Positions 58,626 to 64,000 of a DNA stretch of 64,000 nucleotides are shown piece after piece. The translations under genes and the position numbers were made by a program. The stretch's first letter is position 1; every line of letters starts with the position of its first letter. The stretch lies in assembly GCA_963815195.1 (NCBI GenBank), contig CAWFGE010000006.1, positions 152,260 through 216,259 on the forward strand. Reading direction: 5' to 3'. The DNA is from an uncultured Planctomycetaceae bacterium (GTDB taxonomy: Bacteria > Planctomycetota > Planctomycetia > Planctomycetales > Planctomycetaceae). The notes under the pieces are model-generated. The model saw only the letters and a program-made list of their open reading frames with translations. It did not search any database and was not told where the DNA came from.

Positions 58626-61600
58626 TCATTTCTTCCAGGAATACCACGGCCGTTTGGTTTGGGCTTGGGCCGCTTTGCGGGCTTCTATGGCTTGGACTCG
58701 CGTCTCCTCCAATTGGGAGGAGGGAGGCGAGGTTTGCTGATACCCGCTAACAGGCACGATCGTCGTCGGCACGTTCCGGTCCTCCCGCCGCTGGCCCATG
58801 TTGCCGTTCCCCGGGTTCATCGGCGGGACGGCGGGGTCGTACGGAACCTGTGGCGGAGCGCCCGGCAGAGCCCCCGGCACGGGAGCTGGGACCGGGATTT
58901 CGTATCCTTCGCCCGGCATCATCGCGCCGGGTTGGCCTTCGAGGGGCGTCGGGCAGAATTCATCGCCGTCCATCCACTCGGGATAGCTGGGGCCGGCGGG
59001 GACGGCGAACAGCGGTCCGTGGAGCGCTTCGACATCCTGTTGGACAAAGTGCGTCCGTTCCGATTCCACCTGCTTGATCAGTTCGTTATCCGCATCGCTG
59101 CGCACAATCCGCGGCGTGAGGAACATCAACAGTTCCGTGCGGACGGTATGGGTGGAGTCGTAGCGGAAGGGAAGTCCGAAATAAGGCAGGTCGCCCAACC
59201 AGGGGATTTTGCGTTCGATCGTTTCGTCTCTTTTGGTAATCATCCCGCCCAGGATCACGGTTTGCCCGTTGGGAACGCCGACGGTCGTCCGCGCGGTGGT
59301 GATGTCTTTGATCGGCGACGTGACGGTGTTGCCGCTGTTGGTATCCACGAACAGGGTCACGCCCGCTCCTGTGAAGGCGCTTTTTTCGGCGACGACTTCC
59401 ATCACAATGTTTTCCTCGGGGCTGATTCGCGGGGTGACGGTGAGAATGATCCCCGCCGAGTCCTGCACGACCAGCGGAATCACCTGGTTGTTCGTGCCCC
59501 CGAAGGTCACCCCGTTGATGATCGGAACTTGCCGCCCCACTTGAATCTGGGCCACCTGGTTGTCCAAGGTGCGAATTTGGGGCCGGCTGAGAACATGCAC
59601 TTGCGTTCGAGCCGACAGAGCACGCATTAGCATGCTGACCTGGTTGGAACTGGCCGAGAGCACCAGCCCGCCGTAGCCCAGGTCGCTGTTGACGCGGCCC
59701 AGGGAGAAGTTGCTCAAACTTTGGCTGCCGACGATCGTCGGATTCGCCGCAATGTTGTTCCCCAAGCCCAGCGTGGGATCGCCGAACTTGAAGCCCGGCG
59801 TGGTCGCTTGCGAAATGATGTTTTGCGTCGTGGTCGCCACGCCATTGGGCGAGGTGTTGGTCTGCGAGATCGTGAGCAAGTCGGCCGCGGTGGTCACGCT
59901 GCGGTCGAAGAGGATGTCATCCTGAAATCCCAGTTCCACGCCGAACTCGTCCGTGTTGTCCAACGAGACTTCCACCAGCATCACCTGGATCACGACCTGC
60001 AGCGGCTGCTTGTCGAGCTTGGCGACCAGGTCTTGGATTTCCTTGTAATACCTCGGGGTGGCGCTGATCAGTAGGCTGTTGGTGACGGGTTCCGCCACCG
60101 CGATGATTTGCTGCTCCAAGAGTTCGGTGTTCGAGACGAGGTCCGGATTGATCGTGACCAGATCCCGCTGCGTCTGCAGAAACGTGTTGATGGCGGCGGC
60201 GATTTCCGTCGCGGGCGTGTTTCGCAGTTTGACGATGGAGTTTTCCCGCTGGCGAATGTCGCTTTGATCGAGGCGGAGCAGAATCGCTTCCACGACCCGC
60301 AAGGCGTCGCCGCCGCCGATCGCGACGATGCTGTTGGTGCGGACATCCACGGAAAACCGGAGCGGAATCAGCCCGCTGCTGGCATCTTCGGCCCCGACGA
60401 TTTGCACGCCCGTCTGCGCCTGAGCCTGGTTGCCCGTGGTCGGCGCGAACAGCGCGGTGAGCAGATTCAAGACGGTGCTCGCGTCGGCGTTTTCGAGCGT
60501 GAAGACCTTGATCTCGGCCACGGTCGAAGTCGGCTGATCGAGTTGCTCGATCAACGCCACCATCATCTCCATGCTCGCTTCCGGAGCCGAGACGATCAGG
60601 CTGTTCGAGCGGACGTCCGGCGTGACGCGGATGTCGGAGAGAATCCCCGACCGCACCGCTTTGGTTTGCTCGCCGACGTTGGCGAGCAATTCCAACACGA
60701 CCGATTTTACGTCGCGTAGCTCCTGCGGACCCTGGTTCGCCCCGCCGCCTCCGGCGAACTGGTTGCCCTGGCCTGTCGGGGACGTGCCGGTCACCGTGGG
60801 CGGATTGAGCAAACTTTGAATCGACGAGGTGATGACGTTGGCCAGTTCGTCGGCGACCGCGTTTTTCAGCGGGACCACCCGCATCTTGTTGACCGCCCCC
60901 GAGCTTTCGAGGTCGAGTTGGCGGATAATGTGCGCGATCTCCTTCATGTCGTTCGGGCTGGCTTGCACGATCAGCGAGTTCGTCCGCACGTCCGGCACCA
61001 CGCGGAACCGGGTTTGGAGGTTCACGCCGACGCCGGCGGTTGCCGTGCCCGCGCCCGCGGTTCCACCGCCGGCCGCCGCTGCGGCTTGGGCCGTGAACAG
61101 GTTCGTCAGCGTCGTCGCCGCCTGGGCCGCGATCGCATTTTTGAGCCGAAAGACTTCCAAGTCGGATTTAGGATCGATCGGGCGATCCAGTTCGTTGGCC
61201 AGGTTCTGGATGGATTCCATCTCGGCTTTGGGGGCCAGGATCATCACGGCATTGGGGCGGGCGATCGGAATAAACGATGTCTGCTGCCGGGGCTCCCCGG
61301 TTCGCGTGCGGATCGCGGCGAGTTGGTCGTAAACCGTCCGCAGAAGCTCGGCGAGCGACTGCGAATTCAAGTTGTTGAGCAGAAGCAGCCGCACGTCGGG
61401 CGCCGCCCCGGCGGTTTGTTTCTGGATTTGCTGAATGACTTGAATCAACGCCTTTACGTCCGCTTCGTTGCCCCGCAGGATCATAATGCCCAATTCGGGA
61501 ATGGCTTGGATGTCCACGTTGCCTTTGATGTTCATCAAGAGCGAAAGACCGCTGAGCCCCGGTTGCCCGGGTTGTTGCAATGGAACGACCTGTGTTGTTT

Positions 61601-62783
61601 CGGGCGGCTGCTGGGCGTTCGCGGGCGGCTGCTGGGCATTCGCGGGCGGCTGGTTTTGAGCCTGGGCGAACGCCCATTCTTGCTCGAGTTGATTGGCAAC
61701 TCTCCGCCCGGCTTCGCCCGCCTGGGGAGTGCGGCCCCCGTTTCCCGGGCCTCGATCATCTTTTTGATTTCGGGAGTCAGTTTCTTCGCCAATTCGGCTG
61801 TCGTTTCATCGGCGGCCACCAGTTGAATCGGCTGCTGGAACGCATTCTGGTGCTTGTCCAAATACCCGAATAACCCGCTCAACAGCCGCAACCGCTCCGG
61901 CGTCGAAGCGAACACGAGCCGGTTTTGCGGAATGTCGATCGCAACTTCAAATCCTTCCGGACCGGGACGCTCCGTCGTGGGCGGAAACTGCACTCGGAAC
62001 GCGGGCAAGCCCTCGACGCCGGCATCAATCAACTCCGCCCGCTGTTCGAGCGTCTGATACACCCATCCCGCCAGGTCGCGGACTTTGTTCTTCGGCTCCA
62101 ATGACTGAGAGGTCCAGCCGGCGGGCAATTCTCCCGGGGCGAGAGCCGGTATCGGCGCTGCCACGGGAGCGGAGTCTTGAGGAGTTTCGGTTTCGGACGC
62201 CGGTGCGGGAATCGGCTTCGTGCCTTCCGCGAGTTCGATCGTGCGGGGCGGCTGCTTGTTGTTGTTCCTTGGTGGCGATGGCGGTCACCGAACGCTTGTA
62301 AGTCCGGCCCGGTTCAAATTGGGGAACATCGCCCGGCTTGGGGGACCATTCGGGCTCCGAGGGCGTCTCGGGCCGGCGGTAGCGAGTGCGGACCGACCGC
62401 TGATTCAGCACGATCAAATATTGGTGGCTTTCCAGAATCCGAAAGCCCGACGGCTGGAGTTCGCGGTTGAGAATCTCCACGGCCTCGTGCCGGGTGAACG
62501 GCGTCTTATGGCGCATCACAAGCCGGCCCGGAGGCTGCTCGTGCATCACGAGCGTCGAGCCGGATTGCTCCGCCACGTCGCCCAGCACCTTGGCCCAATC
62601 CGCCGCGTAAAACTTCAACGTCACATTTCGGTTCGCCGCGGCGGCTTCCGGCACAGCCGGCTCCACGTCGTCCGCCGTGCCCGTTTGGGCGATGGCTTCC
62701 CCGGCGAGGAGCACCAGCAGCGTCCCAAACACCCCCGCCCGACACCAATTCCGAACTGCGCGGAACTTCCTGATTTTTTGCAC
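58626..62783 (-). CDS. Large type II secretion-like secretin (frameshifts near 62180 and 61710)
   Basis: Repeated secretin-N domains (LKNA.A, DVRTNSLIV), QVVIQVMLVEV, LSRPQIRTLDNQ, IPWLGDLP, TELLMFLTPRIV; GTG start with CAGGAG RBS. Confidence 0.92.
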
Positions 62784-63123
62784 CAGTGAACTCCTGCCCT
62801 GATTGGGATACGATAAACCGCCGCCGGAGAACGCCTCCAGGATTCCGACAACGGTCGCGCATCGGTACAACCGCTATAGTTCACTTCATCGGCAAAGTTT
62901 ACCCAGTTAGATAAGGCAAGATTGCACATCCCAGTGAAGTTTTTCCCGAACAATGCCGGAAAAATCGCCGAATTCCTTCAAGTTCCGCCGCGCGGGATTC
63001 GGACGGCCACGCAAGCAGTGCGCATTTTGTTTACGCGCCGGAGTCCCCCGCCCAAAGAAACGCGTTCTTCCGGTTGGGGAAATCACATTTGCTGGAAGAG
63101 ACGTAAGGCGTCACGGCGCACGC

Positions 63124-63615
63124 TCACAAGGCTGGTGTGGGGAGTTCATCCCAATCGTCTGGCGAGACGCGAAGGTATTCCTCGGGGATCTGCTCGGCGT
63201 CCACTTGTCGCCCGAACTTTTCCCTTCGCCGATGCAATTCCTCAAGATACCACGGCACAGGCTCGGACTTGATGAAATAGTCGTCGCGGATGCCGCCGTC
63301 TTCGGCCCAACTGCGCGACCGCACCACCAGTCCGAACTCGCAGAATTCGACCACCAACTTGCGGCCGTCCTTTCGCCACATGCGATGCACGCCGTGGGGC
63401 ATGCCGGCCACTTCGTAATGGGATTCCGCGAGCCGGCCATTGCGATGCCAGATTCGCTGAGATCCCCAGCGAAGGCCGTCGCGGAAGGTCCACTCCAAAT
63501 CGAGCGACCCATCGGGGCCTGTTATATAGGCCACGCCCGTAAAGGGTTGTCCCTGCCACGTCCAAAAGTCGCCGTCCCCTTGATCGTCCAATTCATCGAT
63601 CGAAACGCGGTCCAT
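63124..63615 (-). CDS. YwqK-like MORN-variant repeat protein (putative antitoxin/immunity)
   Basis: WQGQPFTG, FRDGLRWG...WHRNG, GMPHG...WRKDG. Confidence 0.75.
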   Translation of the reverse strand: MDRVSIDELDDQGDGDFWTWQGQPFTGVAYITGPDGSLDLEWTFRDGLRWGSQRIWHRNGRLAESHYEVAGMPHGVHRMWRKDGRKLVVEFCEFGLVVRSRSWAEDGGIRDDYFIKSEPVPWYLEELHRRREKFGRQVDAEQIPEEYLRVSPDDWDELPTPAL

Positions 63616-63805
63616 TTCACAACTTGCTCCCGGAGGGATTTCAATTCCACCCTGCAATGAGAGTCGGTGGCTGATCTCACATTCCGATAATACTGTTCAC
63701 GCCTCCAATTTCAAAAAAAATCTTGTTCCGACAGCTAATCCAGGCAATCCGCGGTTTTTGTGCCGTTCGCTTTGCCGCTTCCCCTGCGGCTGCAATTCCG
63801 CCTCG

Positions 63806-63834
63806 TTGACACTCTTTTGGATTGGGTCTAAACT
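63806..63834 (+). promoter_or_regulatory. Sigma70 promoter
   Basis: TTGACA-17 bp-TAAACT. Confidence 0.7.
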
Positions 63835-63975
63835 CGCAATTCCTTTCCATCCGTTGTCTTGATTTGCGCAATTCGGTCCTCTGTTTTTTCGGAGGATCGA
63901 GTCCGGTTCTTCGCACTTGCGAATTGCCTGGAGTTGGGTTTGTGTTTCGCTTGAGGCCCACAGGAGAGAGCAGCA

Positions 63976-64000
63976 ATGAGTTCCAGCGACCAGATTGAGA
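63976..64000 (+). CDS. Start of a gene running out of the window (MSSSDQIE...)
   Basis: CAGGAGAG RBS followed by ATG, downstream of the sigma70 promoter. Confidence 0.55.

Noticed and set aside
63677..63976. Minus-strand 99-aa ORF as the toxin partner of the YwqK-like gene
   Set aside because: No toxin-like motifs, and it overlaps a clear plus-strand sigma70 promoter and RBS.

Overview
A 64-kb, GC-rich bacterial chromosomal segment, almost certainly from a planctomycete (TIGR02996 domain, DUF1559-like protein, planctomycete-style ECF sigma factor, Ser/Thr kinase-LRR fusion, giant secretin). It is mostly housekeeping: glcE/glcF, MoxR, a GroES-like gene, trpB/trpA, ileS, a murE-murF-mraY-ftsW-murG cluster lacking murD, pyrE, ftsY, fbp and glnA. 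Single, often more AT-rich accessory genes are interspersed (DUF1963, hicAB, SMI1/KNR4, DUF4253, YwqK-like). About ten single-base frameshifts, some in essential genes, are most likely assembly indel errors. I saw no tRNA, rRNA, CRISPR array, transposase, integrase or reverse transcriptase. The most interesting signals are: (1) a GGAACCACGAA-nn-ACACGAA inverted-repeat family present once as an empty ~130-bp element and once bracketing a whole immunity-type gene, suggesting a cargo-carrying miniature element; (2) several REP-like palindrome families that enter coding sequence (an in-frame insert in ileS, both stop codons of a convergent gene pair, the FtsW C-terminus); (3) a mosaic patch in the IleRS editing region; (4) a DnaB-like protein with a degenerate Walker A motif; (5) a Swt1-type HEPN domain fused to transmembrane helices and a Zn ribbon; (6) an unusual glnA leader with a sigma54 promoter upstream of NtrC-like boxes, a uORF and a hairpin. 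All family assignments come from motif recognition by eye, not from database searches.
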